From the IMG/VR virus record IMGVR_UViG_3300024955_000001, positions 4,579 through 68,578 of that record: a stretch of 64,000 nt of DNA; one strand, given 5' to 3'. The stretch comes from a virus. The translations under genes and the position numbers were made by a program. The notes under the pieces are model-generated. The model was not told the origin of the DNA, did no database searches, and saw only the letters and a program-made list of their open reading frames with translations. Of the stretch, positions 16,350 to 25,944 are shown piece by piece (position 1 is the stretch's first letter; each line of letters begins with the position of its first letter).

Positions 16350-17153
16350 ATGGAAGCCACTCAGGACAATCAGCCATCAACGCCCCTGCGCTTTGCCCGC
16401 CACATCGTTGGAATGATGATCTTGGCGCTGGCTTCACCCTACATCTGGTACAGCTCAGATAGCGTTGCAACCTGGGCCTCAACGTGGGTCACACCGCTGC
16501 TGATCGCGGGCGTAGCATTTGGGCTGTACCTACTGTTCTTCACCAAGCGTGCCAAGGAAGCATGGCCCGGTCGATTCTTTATGCTGGCCTGGGTGATGCT
16601 GGCCCTTGCGGTGGCCGGACCCTATCTAGAGAAGTTCAACCGGGAGCGAGCACAGTCAGCCGCATCGAATTCGCTATCAACACCGCCACAAACAGCAGTT
16701 GCACAGCCTCCCCTGAATCACTTTGACCAGTTCGACACAGCGAGTGCATCATCAAGGCAAGCATATGTGTCTCGTGTCAATGACCTGCGCCTCGCTGGCA
16801 AAAATGGATCCATACCAATATTGGATATACAAGCGCCTTCGGACGCTGACAAAGCTCTCAAGCCATGGTCGCCCCAGGATGTTGCTGCCGTGGAAAACAC
16901 TCAAACGTGGTGGGTGGACGGCGAGGCGGTTTGGATGCACATCATGAATCGCTCCATCGCAAAGATCGACGCACTGCAATTTACATACGCGGCAGGAAAT
17001 TGCGGTGCAGCACCGCCCTCTGATCAGGCTTCCTACTTCGTGCGTCTGCAGCGCTCAGTAGAGCCTGGAGCTGAGGCTCTAGTGCGTTTCGCTGCAGTTA
17101 GTGAGTTCAAACCTGCGAATGGATGTCTGACTATTGTGAAGGTGCTCGGCTAG
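16350..17153 (+). CDS. three-TM membrane protein, moron (candidate superinfection-exclusion factor)
   Basis: ATG 16350 preceded by GGAGGGAG; 267 aa. Three hydrophobic helices plus a ~150-aa soluble domain. It is the only plus-strand gene inside the late operon and has visibly lower GC. Contains NHFDQFD. Confidence 0.7.
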   Translation: MEATQDNQPSTPLRFARHIVGMMILALASPYIWYSSDSVATWASTWVTPLLIAGVAFGLYLLFFTKRAKEAWPGRFFMLAWVMLALAVAGPYLEKFNRERAQSAASNSLSTPPQTAVAQPPLNHFDQFDTASASSRQAYVSRVNDLRLAGKNGSIPILDIQAPSDADKALKPWSPQDVAAVENTQTWWVDGEAVWMHIMNRSIAKIDALQFTYAAGNCGAAPPSDQASYFVRLQRSVEPGAEALVRFAAVSEFKPANGCLTIVKVLG

Positions 17154-19105
17154 CCAAGCACCTTCTTGGCGGCCCCAGGGCCGAACTTTGCGTCAAATTC
17201 TGCAGCCTTCTTCGGGTCTGATTTCAGAGCAGAAATGTGGCCCGCCTGCGGCGCAGGCCATTGCCCCCCCTGCCCCGCATCCACACGCTCAACCGCACCC
17301 GTCTGGGTGTTGTAGCGCATCACACTACCCTCGGTAGTGGACCCATCAGCATTCTTCGTGGTCGGCGTCACCTGGAGCTTCCATGGCGATTCCGTCTTCT
17401 TGCCGGACAGGTCGCGGATCTGCTGTGCGATAGCGGCCTTTTCCTCGGGAGTCTTCGCAGCGTCGTAGCGCTCGCTCAGTTTCTCTTGGCGGTAACCCTG
17501 GCGAATGTCAAAGCCACGTGCCTCCGCCTCGGTTGCGGCGCGCTTTTCCTCGACGGCCGCTCGGCGGTTGTCGATCTGAAAACCGCGTGCCGAACGCTGG
17601 TCAGCACCGGACTGCTGCATGCCTTCTCGCTGGAGCGCAGAGTTCTCGCGCATGGCGGCCAGGTCCATGCCGGGCTGGGCCAGCTGCAGCGCCTGGTCAT
17701 TTTTGAGCGCTGCTTGAAAGGCCAGGTTGTCAGGGCTGATCGCTGCGGCACGTGCGCCAATGCGCGACGGATCGTTGGTGATCGAGCTGGCGGACACTTG
17801 CGCGCTGCGAAGCGCGTTGCGTGCAGCCCAGTCATTGGTGGAGTTGCGCACCACAGGGGCCGTCACCTGGGCAGTAGGAGCCGGTGAGGCCAAGCCAGGC
17901 GCGAAGCCAACCGAACGGGGCGCAGAGAGCGCTTCCGCTGCCGCGTTGTTCTGCGCAGTAATTGGGCCGGTACTGAGAGGCTGTGCGGCGGGCGTGGCGG
18001 TGGGCTCCCCTACCGGTGCTGTGGCCGCAGTAGGAGGCTGCACCTGTGCAGGAGAGGCCGAAGGCATGGGCGGGGAAGCCGGCTTGACAGTAGCGGCGGC
18101 GGCTGGCGCCTGTGCCATGGACGTGCCTGCAGCCCCAAAGAACTGCTTGCCGGCATCTACGACCGTAGGCGCAACAGCACGGAGCGCGCCGCCCACCACG
18201 TCATCAACAACAGCCGGCGCGTAGGCCAGTGCAGCGCGTGCGGTTTCCCCAGCGGCTGCGCCATACCGCCCTTGCTTGGCAAGATCACCGATGGCCTTGC
18301 CGGACTCGTTGAACACGGCGCGCGTGCCAGGCATGAAGCCAGCGGCGGCTGGTGCGGGGGTGGGTGTAATCTGGCTGGTGGTAGCCGCCTGCGGTGGGCT
18401 GGGAGGCATCGCTGGGCGAGTGGCAGCCGACTCCTGCGCGCCGCGCACGTACATGGCCGTCTGGTTGGCCATGCGCTGCTTTTCTTCATCCTGCACCAGC
18501 CCGCCATTGGCAAAGAACTGGCGCGGCTCTTCCGGCTGGGCTTGGGGCGCAAAGCCGCGCACCGGCTTGTGGGTTGCATCACGCATCACAGTCAGCACAG
18601 ACTCACCCAGCGCCTGCACCTGTTCTGGTGGCAGCTCGAATTCCCCATTGCTCAGGCGCACCGGCACCGATTCCCCCTGCTCTTCCATCGCGCTATCGCC
18701 CACCTCGCCAAGCTCTTCCAGAGCCTCCGGGCCAATGGCCTGCGTGCTATCGGCGGGCATGATGAAGGTACCAGGGCGCTTTGCGGTTTCAATGGAATCA
18801 CTGGTGCCAGTGCCGGGTCCACGGATCAGGCCCCCCGCCTTGAACCCGCGCGGCTTGACCGTACCACCATCTTTCAGACCTGCAGCCTTCTCGCGGCGCG
18901 CCATTGCGCCCATGCCCATGTAGTCGCTCACGGCCGGAGCGGGCGCCGGTGCTGGAGCGGCCTGCTGCTTCTGGGCAGCTTCCTGCGCGGCTTGGGCGCG
19001 GTAAGCGGCAACGCGCGCATTGCGCTCTTCGTCCATGCCAAAGGCACGCTTGAGGCCTTGTACCAAGCCGCCGTCTGCAAATTTTTGGGGTTGAAAGCCT
19101 CGCAT
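17150..19105 (-). CDS. internal virion / DNA-ejection protein candidate
   Basis: Start set to ATG 19105 (MRGFQPQKF) with AAGGAG 6 nt upstream (ORF-track start is TTG 19159). 651 aa, A/P/Q-rich, with repeated GG(L/T)V motifs and GPGTGTSDS. Confidence 0.55.
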   Translation of the reverse strand: MRGFQPQKFADGGLVQGLKRAFGMDEERNARVAAYRAQAAQEAAQKQQAAPAPAPAPAVSDYMGMGAMARREKAAGLKDGGTVKPRGFKAGGLIRGPGTGTSDSIETAKRPGTFIMPADSTQAIGPEALEELGEVGDSAMEEQGESVPVRLSNGEFELPPEQVQALGESVLTVMRDATHKPVRGFAPQAQPEEPRQFFANGGLVQDEEKQRMANQTAMYVRGAQESAATRPAMPPSPPQAATTSQITPTPAPAAAGFMPGTRAVFNESGKAIGDLAKQGRYGAAAGETARAALAYAPAVVDDVVGGALRAVAPTVVDAGKQFFGAAGTSMAQAPAAAATVKPASPPMPSASPAQVQPPTAATAPVGEPTATPAAQPLSTGPITAQNNAAAEALSAPRSVGFAPGLASPAPTAQVTAPVVRNSTNDWAARNALRSAQVSASSITNDPSRIGARAAAISPDNLAFQAALKNDQALQLAQPGMDLAAMRENSALQREGMQQSGADQRSARGFQIDNRRAAVEEKRAATEAEARGFDIRQGYRQEKLSERYDAAKTPEEKAAIAQQIRDLSGKKTESPWKLQVTPTTKNADGSTTEGSVMRYNTQTGAVERVDAGQGGQWPAPQAGHISALKSDPKKAAEFDAKFGPGAAKKVLG

Positions 19106-19161
19106 GGGGACTCCTTTATTCATCTGGCCGGATTGTTGACACCAGCCAGGGGCCCGCAAAG

Positions 19162-19173
19162 CCCTATGCAGGG
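19162..19173 (-). repeat. late-region motif copy (minus: CCCTGCATAGGG)
   Basis: Embedded in the hairpin ccgcaaa...tttgcgg. 56 nt upstream of ATG 19105. Confidence 0.6.
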
Positions 19174-19207
19174 TTTGCGGTTGCTGGAAAACAAGTGCCT
19201 GGCTCCT

Positions 19208-21055
19208 TTAGCCCGGCGAAGAGATCGCCGGTACCGTACCGGTCACATCGCCGCTGTAGCTGTAACTCACCCCCATGGACGCGCTGCCGCTGATGCCGGC
19301 ATTCGCGTGCATCATGCTGTAGGCACTCGACGTGAGCTGTGCGTACACCTGCGTGCCGGCCTTGGCCGCATCGAGGCGCGCATTGTTGGTCTGGATGGCC
19401 GCGTCGTTGTTGATCTTGGCGGCCTGCATCGCCACCTGAACGCCCGCCTCGTACTGCTTCATGTTGGATTCCCAGACCTTGGTCTGCAGCTCGGCCTGCG
19501 CGCTGAGCGCCTGGGTTTGTGCACGGAAGCCATCGAGCAGCGCCCCGGATTGCTTGCCCAGCGCCTCGATGCGGGTGCTTTCGGCCAGCACGCGGGCACG
19601 GTAGCCTTCCCACTCCCCCGTCTTGGCAGAAATCAGGGCCTGGTAGCGCGAGATCAGCGCGCGCGAGTGCTCGGCCTGCGCCCCCACCCGGATGCCGTAC
19701 ACCTGCGCCTTGGTCTTCCAAATGTCGATCTTGGTTGCCTCGGCCTGCACGCTGGCCTTGTACGCTTCGACCTTGGAGGTTTCGGCGTTGACCTGGGCCA
19801 CGTAGGCACGGATCTGCTCGCCCGCCGCGCCGATCTTGGCCTGCTCCAACTCCACCAGGGTCTTGGCCGCGCCCACCTGGGCCTCGTAAATCTTGACCTG
19901 CGACATGCCGGCCTCGATCTGGGCCTTGTACTGCTCCACCAGTACCTTGTTGATCTCGGCCTTGGCCAGCTCACCCTGCAGCTGCGCCTTGAACACCTCC
20001 ACCTTGGCCAGCTGGCCGTCGATGATGGTCTTGTAGACGCTGGCGTAGGTCTGGTAGCCCTGCAGCAGCCCCTTGAATTGCTCAATGGCCGCGTTGTGGA
20101 TCTGGATGGCGTTGTCGGCCAGGGCTTTGGAGGCCTCGAAAGACAGCTGCTCCATCTGGTAGGAGTAGGTAATCAGCTGCTGCTCCAGCTGCATGCCGGC
20201 CGCGATGGCGGATTTCAGGTTCTCCTGCTCCAGGTCCGCCTGCTTGATTGCAATGTCGCGGGACAGGCCAGACAGCTTGTCGTAGTAGTCCCGCTGGGCA
20301 TCGCGCAGCTGGGCCGCCAGCACACCCGCGGGCAGGGAGAAACCGAAAGATTCACTGGTGCGCATCACCTCAGCCACGTTGGCCAAGGCAATCTGCGTCT
20401 CGCGGCCGCGCGCGCGGTCCCAGATGGCCAGCTCCACCGCAGGGTCCAAGCCGGTGCCACCGCTCATGCGGGCATCAAGCACCGCTTTCAGCTTGTCCAG
20501 CAGCTCGGAGGCGTACTCAGGCCCGCGCGCGTAGGAATACGGAGTGGGCGCGGCCAGCTCCAGCGTAGGCCGGTCGCCCAGGCTGTCGAGCCATTCGTCG
20601 TGCAGGTCGATGCCGCCGAAGGGCACGGCATTGATGCTCACGTAGGTGGGCACGGCAGGCATGCTCACCGTGGGCGCATCTGGGACCGCCACCGTCCCAA
20701 TAGAGGGCACGGCCGGGATGTCTCCATAGCTGATGGCCGGGGCGGTGGGCAGGCTCAGGTCCGGCGCCACATCCGTGAAGTCGGAGATCGCCAAGTTCGG
20801 CGCGGCCTCGTTGAACAGGCTCGGCGCGTTGCCCAGAATGCCCGGATCAAAATTGATGGTGGGCATCGTCGGCGCCGTGGGCATGGCTGCGAGCGTGGGC
20901 GCCCCCAGCGTTGTCCATGTGACGCTCAGGGTGGGCGGGGTGTAGATCGCGTTTTTCAGGCGATCCGAGAACGACACCAAACTCTGCTGCGCGCTCTGCG
21001 CATAGCCCTGGGCGAGGGCGAAGGTGTTGTTGACAAGTTCTGCTGCGCTGGCCAT
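19208..21055 (-). CDS. internal virion / ejection protein candidate (long coiled coil)
   Basis: 615 aa. Pro/Ala-rich N-terminal third, then heptad-like A/Q/E/K-rich sequence. Lies between tail and ejection genes. Confidence 0.5.
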   Translation of the reverse strand: MASAAELVNNTFALAQGYAQSAQQSLVSFSDRLKNAIYTPPTLSVTWTTLGAPTLAAMPTAPTMPTINFDPGILGNAPSLFNEAAPNLAISDFTDVAPDLSLPTAPAISYGDIPAVPSIGTVAVPDAPTVSMPAVPTYVSINAVPFGGIDLHDEWLDSLGDRPTLELAAPTPYSYARGPEYASELLDKLKAVLDARMSGGTGLDPAVELAIWDRARGRETQIALANVAEVMRTSESFGFSLPAGVLAAQLRDAQRDYYDKLSGLSRDIAIKQADLEQENLKSAIAAGMQLEQQLITYSYQMEQLSFEASKALADNAIQIHNAAIEQFKGLLQGYQTYASVYKTIIDGQLAKVEVFKAQLQGELAKAEINKVLVEQYKAQIEAGMSQVKIYEAQVGAAKTLVELEQAKIGAAGEQIRAYVAQVNAETSKVEAYKASVQAEATKIDIWKTKAQVYGIRVGAQAEHSRALISRYQALISAKTGEWEGYRARVLAESTRIEALGKQSGALLDGFRAQTQALSAQAELQTKVWESNMKQYEAGVQVAMQAAKINNDAAIQTNNARLDAAKAGTQVYAQLTSSAYSMMHANAGISGSASMGVSYSYSGDVTGTVPAISSPG

Positions 21056-21490
21056 TTAGAGCCTCCGGGATTTGGTTTTGATGGAAGGGATCTCCATGCG
21101 GTCGATGCGGAAGAAGGCACCGGCCACGTTCTTGTAGGAGAACCCCAGGTAGTTCTCGCGGATGCCACGCCCAGGCACGCCACGCGAAACGCCATCTGGC
21201 AGGGACTGCACCGGGTAGGAATAGGTATCGCTGGGTGTGTGCACCTGCAGCACCCCGTTACCCGCGCTCTGCATGGCGAAATAGACGCCCGACATCAGGC
21301 TCTTGGTGGTTTCGCCCCACACCCGCTTGGGCGTGGTGATCGTGGCGTCAATGGGTTGCCCGGCGTCTGTATCGCCGCCGAGGGCGTAGAGCGCCACCGC
21401 AGAACCGGCGTGGGTCGGCGTGATGGACTGGAAATCCCAGTCGTATTCACTCACCGCGCCGGTGAGGGTGTTCATGACGATGGTGGTCAT
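21056..21490 (-). CDS. virion structural protein (hypothetical)
   Basis: 144 aa, tightly packed (stop/start adjacency) within the structural operon. Confidence 0.55.
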   Translation of the reverse strand: MTTIVMNTLTGAVSEYDWDFQSITPTHAGSAVALYALGGDTDAGQPIDATITTPKRVWGETTKSLMSGVYFAMQSAGNGVLQVHTPSDTYSYPVQSLPDGVSRGVPGRGIRENYLGFSYKNVAGAFFRIDRMEIPSIKTKSRRL

Positions 21491-21493
21491 GGT

Positions 21494-23581
21494 TCAAACC
21501 TTCTTGGTGATGTCCAGCGCGTGGGCAACCAGCGGCGGAATGTTGAGACTGCCATCCCACTCCTGCGCCAGCAGCTCGCGGATGATCTTGAGGTCGCCAC
21601 TCCACAGCGGCGGCGACAGGACGCCATTGGCGATGGGGAAAGCGGTTGGCGGCAGGCCCTCGAAAATGACCACGGCGAACGGGTTGTTGCCCGTGCCCGC
21701 CAACACTTCCTTGTCCCATACCCCCTCGTCCTTGAGCTTCTTGGGGTCCACCAGCTCGGGGACGCTCCAGGTCATGTCAGGCTTGCGCCGCAGCGTCTGC
21801 ACCTTGCGCACGCGCACACGGCGCGGCCGGTCGGCACCATCGGGCGGCACAGGCGCGGGCGGCATGGTGTACCGGCCCAGGCTGGCGATCCATAGCGAAT
21901 CGAAGCGGCGGATGTCAAAGCACGGCGTCCAGATCCACAGCCCCGTGAACAGATCGAAAACCTCGTATTCCAGGTGCACCACAGTGAGCCGCGTGCCTGG
22001 CGGCACATACCCATCAGAGTTCACCCGGGCGTCGTTGGTGGTGGCGCGCACCACGCCCGCAGCCAGGAACTGGTCATATTGCGAGCGCACGTCAAACGCC
22101 ATCGTGCTCAGATCGTGGGGGCGCACCTCGGGCGGCTCTGCGTTGTGGAACGCGCGGTAGGCGGCAAACCGCTGATAGGTGCCGTTCGCCACCCAGCCGA
22201 ACAGGCACTTCGGCATGGCGAAGTCGCGCCCCAGGGGGTGTGGTGCGTCGTGCCCAAACTGGGCCTCGTCAATCGGGTTGTCCGTGATCGGGTCAGGCAC
22301 TATCGCCTGGCGATCAGCGCCCGTCACCGTGAAATCGAGATACCGGTCGATGTCATCGCCGTTCGGGCCCGATGCCGTCACCTCGCCCAGGGCAGGCAAG
22401 GTGCTTGCGGGCTTGGTCGCAATATTCCAGGGGAACTCCAGCATGCGCGCGGCCAGGTGCGGGCTGCTCTGCACACCACCGTCCAGCCATTTGCGCAGCG
22501 CAGTCAGCTGGATTGCCCGCTGCTCGGCACGCAGCTCGGCCATGCCCGGGTACGGGCCCAGTGGTGGGTACATATCGTCAATGGCCTGGCAGGCATCGAG
22601 CCACGCCTGGTAGGTGGTGGCCAGCCACTCTTCGTGCGCAATGCCCCAGGCCTCCACAGCAGCCAAGTAGGCCGCCTCGTAGGTTGCATTCAGGGCTGCG
22701 GCGGCGGCCTCCTGCGACTGGTATTCAGTCCACAGCGCGGCATTCACCGACACGGCAATCCCGGTCGCTCCGCCGGGCACGAAATCCTTGTACTGCGTTG
22801 CGCCAGAAAATGCGTTCGACCCTGTGCGGATGAAGAAATAGACGTTGGAATAAGGCCCAAGGTTTTCCCCTGGTGTGAAGTCGTCCGGGTTGGCGCCTGC
22901 GTTGTTGTATTCCGCGCTGTAGAACTTGTCCGGGTTCTCAGGGTCGGGCAACGCCATGGGCACGAGCGGCGCATTCACCAGGTCGAACAGGATGGAGCTG
23001 GTCCAGGTGAGCGAGCCATCCAGCGAATAGGTCTCTTCGCCGCCTGCGGTGATGGTGGAGCGATAGGTGATGTTCCGAAAGAAGCTGCCCGGCGCCTCGG
23101 GGAAAGACACCACCGCCCCGTATTCCTGGCTGAACCGTACGCGCACGATGGGCGCGAACTGCCGCACCGGGAACGGGAGGTCGAACTCGGGCTCTTCGGG
23201 GTACGGCGGCTTTTCATCACCGCTCAGGTCGATGACGGGGCGATCAAAGATCGGCGCGAACCCCAGGTTCACGTAGGCCGGCACGGCAATGAAGGCCTTC
23301 CCACCACCGGCCACCGTTGCGGCAGGCCACACCATCACCCGGTCCTTGCCCTGAATGGACTCCATGAACACGCGCGTACCGTCCGCAAGCACACGGTTCT
23401 CGGTCAAGTGCTCACAAATGGAAGTCGTCTTGCGCTGGCAGAAGGTGGTGTACTCATGGATCACCAGCGCATGCTGTCGGTCGGTCATCACGCCCTCAAC
23501 CACGATCAGGCGCGGCGGGGTGGCGCCAGTCACGGGCGCGCCCTCCAGCGTCATCCAGTTGTTGGGCGTGAGCTGGCTCAT
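21494..23581 (-). CDS. large virion structural protein (tail tube/nozzle candidate)
   Basis: 695 aa. ATGA-type overlap with the upstream gene. Position is analogous to tail tubular protein B of podoviruses. No motif proof. Confidence 0.45.
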   Translation of the reverse strand: MSQLTPNNWMTLEGAPVTGATPPRLIVVEGVMTDRQHALVIHEYTTFCQRKTTSICEHLTENRVLADGTRVFMESIQGKDRVMVWPAATVAGGGKAFIAVPAYVNLGFAPIFDRPVIDLSGDEKPPYPEEPEFDLPFPVRQFAPIVRVRFSQEYGAVVSFPEAPGSFFRNITYRSTITAGGEETYSLDGSLTWTSSILFDLVNAPLVPMALPDPENPDKFYSAEYNNAGANPDDFTPGENLGPYSNVYFFIRTGSNAFSGATQYKDFVPGGATGIAVSVNAALWTEYQSQEAAAAALNATYEAAYLAAVEAWGIAHEEWLATTYQAWLDACQAIDDMYPPLGPYPGMAELRAEQRAIQLTALRKWLDGGVQSSPHLAARMLEFPWNIATKPASTLPALGEVTASGPNGDDIDRYLDFTVTGADRQAIVPDPITDNPIDEAQFGHDAPHPLGRDFAMPKCLFGWVANGTYQRFAAYRAFHNAEPPEVRPHDLSTMAFDVRSQYDQFLAAGVVRATTNDARVNSDGYVPPGTRLTVVHLEYEVFDLFTGLWIWTPCFDIRRFDSLWIASLGRYTMPPAPVPPDGADRPRRVRVRKVQTLRRKPDMTWSVPELVDPKKLKDEGVWDKEVLAGTGNNPFAVVIFEGLPPTAFPIANGVLSPPLWSGDLKIIRELLAQEWDGSLNIPPLVAHALDITKKV

Positions 23582-24750
23582 TGCTGGGCCACCGCGATGT
23601 ACTGGGGAATCCCATTGACCTTGCGGAAGGTGGCGGCTACCTCCCGCACGTCCGTGGTGTACCGATTGGCGCTCAGGTGCGACAGGCTGCCGCCATCGAA
23701 GCCCGCGACGATCTCGCCGCCTGCAATGCAGATCATGGCCCGGCCAGCACCTGCGCCGTCGCCCGCCTTGACCTGATCGCCGCTCACCGGCACGCCGGAA
23801 CCCAGCACCACGCGGCCATCCATGACCTTGTCGTAGGCCAGGGAGTCGAAGTCCACACCGCCCAGGAAAGCCAGCTCAGTGCCCGTCCCCACGTAGATCC
23901 CGCTCTTGACCGGCTCCACCAGGGTGATGTCGGAGCTGAACTGCTTGAAGTCCTTGCGGGGGTCGAACAATTCCCACTGGTGGGGGCGCGAGGCATAGAG
24001 CACCTTGCCCACCGCGATGAGGGCCCGGCCGCGCCAGAAGGCCAGGCAGATTCCCGCAGGTGCAGGCACTAACCCGTCCGTGGCATATGGGGTCACGAGC
24101 GCATCATTGGCGCCCAGATAGCTGAAACTGTTGGTCAGCGTGCTGCCCGCCAGGTGTGCGGATGTGCCATTGGCACCGGTCAGGTACACGTTGATCTTGT
24201 AGCCCTCCCGCTGTGGCAGGTTCATCAACAGCAGGCCGCCATCGGGCAATTGCACCGGCGCGCTCCACAGGCCCGCGCCTTCGAGGCCATCGAGCAGGCG
24301 CACATAGGTAAGGACGTAGCGATACTCGCCGGGGTGCAATGCGCCGGCCACGGGCGATGCGGCACCTGCCCTATCAGGCTCTGGCACACCCCACTCGGTC
24401 GCCACCTTGCCATCGGTGAGCCCGCGGATCAGGCCGTTGGAAAACGCCGTGCGCCCATCGGGAAAATTGCAGTACCAGACCCGCGCACTGCCCAGGGCTG
24501 GGTGAAGGACTGTCTTGGCACTATCGGGCGCAATGCCCACCAAGGCACCTTCTGCGGTGGCCAGCTTAAAGCCAACGCCTTCGTGCAAGTTCTTGTGGCA
24601 CCCATCGGCCGCCACCGAATACCCGCCGCGCCGCCACACCTCGCCCGTGAGCCCAATGTCCACGTTCGTTGCCACGGTCAAATCCGTGGTGTCCAGCCGC
24701 TCCTGAGGTACCACGTTGTTGATGCCCGAAAACTTCTCCAGCGTCAGCAT
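23578..24750 (-). CDS. virion structural protein (tail tubular A-like candidate)
   Basis: 390 aa, overlapping its neighbours. Call rests on position only. Confidence 0.45.
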   Translation of the reverse strand: MLTLEKFSGINNVVPQERLDTTDLTVATNVDIGLTGEVWRRGGYSVAADGCHKNLHEGVGFKLATAEGALVGIAPDSAKTVLHPALGSARVWYCNFPDGRTAFSNGLIRGLTDGKVATEWGVPEPDRAGAASPVAGALHPGEYRYVLTYVRLLDGLEGAGLWSAPVQLPDGGLLLMNLPQREGYKINVYLTGANGTSAHLAGSTLTNSFSYLGANDALVTPYATDGLVPAPAGICLAFWRGRALIAVGKVLYASRPHQWELFDPRKDFKQFSSDITLVEPVKSGIYVGTGTELAFLGGVDFDSLAYDKVMDGRVVLGSGVPVSGDQVKAGDGAGAGRAMICIAGGEIVAGFDGGSLSHLSANRYTTDVREVAATFRKVNGIPQYIAVAQQ

Positions 24751-25934
24751 GGAAGGCTCCCCAGAACAATGCGGCCAAAGCGGCCGCGTCCGACGACAGG
24801 AAATGCGCGATAGGTCCAGCGCCCAGTCACAGCGCCCAGCTGACCACCACCAAACCCGCTGACCTCGTGCGATGAGCTGGCAAAGGCCCGTGGCTTGCCC
24901 AATGCACCGCCAGAGAACCCCGCTACGGGCTGGATCAGGACGGCGGTAGGCCGCCCCACGGCACCACGGTGCACGGGCTTGACGGCGCCCGCCATCGCCA
25001 GGCCGACAACACCAAAGGCGCCCGCCTGCAGTCCCTGCACTGGCAGGATCTGCGCAACCCGCACGGGGCCGAACGAGCCACTGCGCAGGCCTGTGACTTC
25101 GGGCTCTACCACGGCCGACATAGCCACAGCGCCAAAAGCACTGCCACGAATTCCCGCCACATAGCCCGCCTGGTTGGTGGGTCCGGTCACGCCACCGGGG
25201 ACCGAGATCCAGCCGAAGCGGCCAGTCTTGAATCCCCGCACATTGGCGCCCTGGTTGGTGCGCAGCACCACGCGGCCAAATGCTGATGCGGCCTGCAGCC
25301 CAGACACATCGCCCTTTTGCACCAGGCGCGGGCTGCCAAAGCTGGCCGACTTGAACCCTGAAATGATGGGCGGATAGTCAATGGTCGGCGTGCCCAGGGC
25401 CGCGCTCTTGAAGCCCGTCACCAGCAGCACCGGGTCAGACGATCCGAAGCCCGCTTCATAGCCTGCGGGAACCGTGCCCACAAAGGCCGATCCGCCAAAA
25501 TTGGCAGTGATCTGCACCGGACCGGATGCGTCCACCTGAGCGATGCACGGCCCCCAAGCTGGCGGCAGGCCCGGGTCGCGGGCCACGCTGGTCAGCGTTT
25601 TCCACACCGTGCCATTGCGAGTCACTACCAGGGTGCCGGCAGCCACATCAAAAGCAAAGCCCAGCACATCCCCCTCATCGAGGGTGCTGACACTGCCGGA
25701 CCAAAACAGGCCCGACTCGGAGGCCGAATCGGCATCTACGCCGATCTTCAATGTGGAGCCCGAGGGGAACAGGTCGAGCGTGTATTGCCAATAGAACAGC
25801 CCATCATCCCTACCCGCCACGGTGCGAACACCGTTGGCGTAGTAGTTGGAGGTCGAGTAGATCAGCCCACCGCCTGAGATAGCGGCATTCGGGCCTGCGC
25901 CGCTGGCGTCCCAGGTGGTCGGGGTCAAGGGCAT
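24744..25934 (-). CDS. structural protein with SPRY/ConA-like N-domain and degenerate G-x-(K/R)-S-x-x-F-G repeats
   Basis: 396 aa. The N-terminal ~170 aa looks like a B30.2/SPRY-type beta sandwich. About 8 repeats follow (TGFKSAALG, SGFKSASFG, RGFKTGRFG, GIRGSAFG, GLRSGSFG, GLQAGAFG, GFSGGALG, GFGGGQLG). Confidence 0.45.
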   Translation of the reverse strand: MPLTPTTWDASGAGPNAAISGGGLIYSTSNYYANGVRTVAGRDDGLFYWQYTLDLFPSGSTLKIGVDADSASESGLFWSGSVSTLDEGDVLGFAFDVAAGTLVVTRNGTVWKTLTSVARDPGLPPAWGPCIAQVDASGPVQITANFGGSAFVGTVPAGYEAGFGSSDPVLLVTGFKSAALGTPTIDYPPIISGFKSASFGSPRLVQKGDVSGLQAASAFGRVVLRTNQGANVRGFKTGRFGWISVPGGVTGPTNQAGYVAGIRGSAFGAVAMSAVVEPEVTGLRSGSFGPVRVAQILPVQGLQAGAFGVVGLAMAGAVKPVHRGAVGRPTAVLIQPVAGFSGGALGKPRAFASSSHEVSGFGGGQLGAVTGRWTYRAFPVVGRGRFGRIVLGSLPC

Positions 25935-25944
25935 GGCCGCCCTC

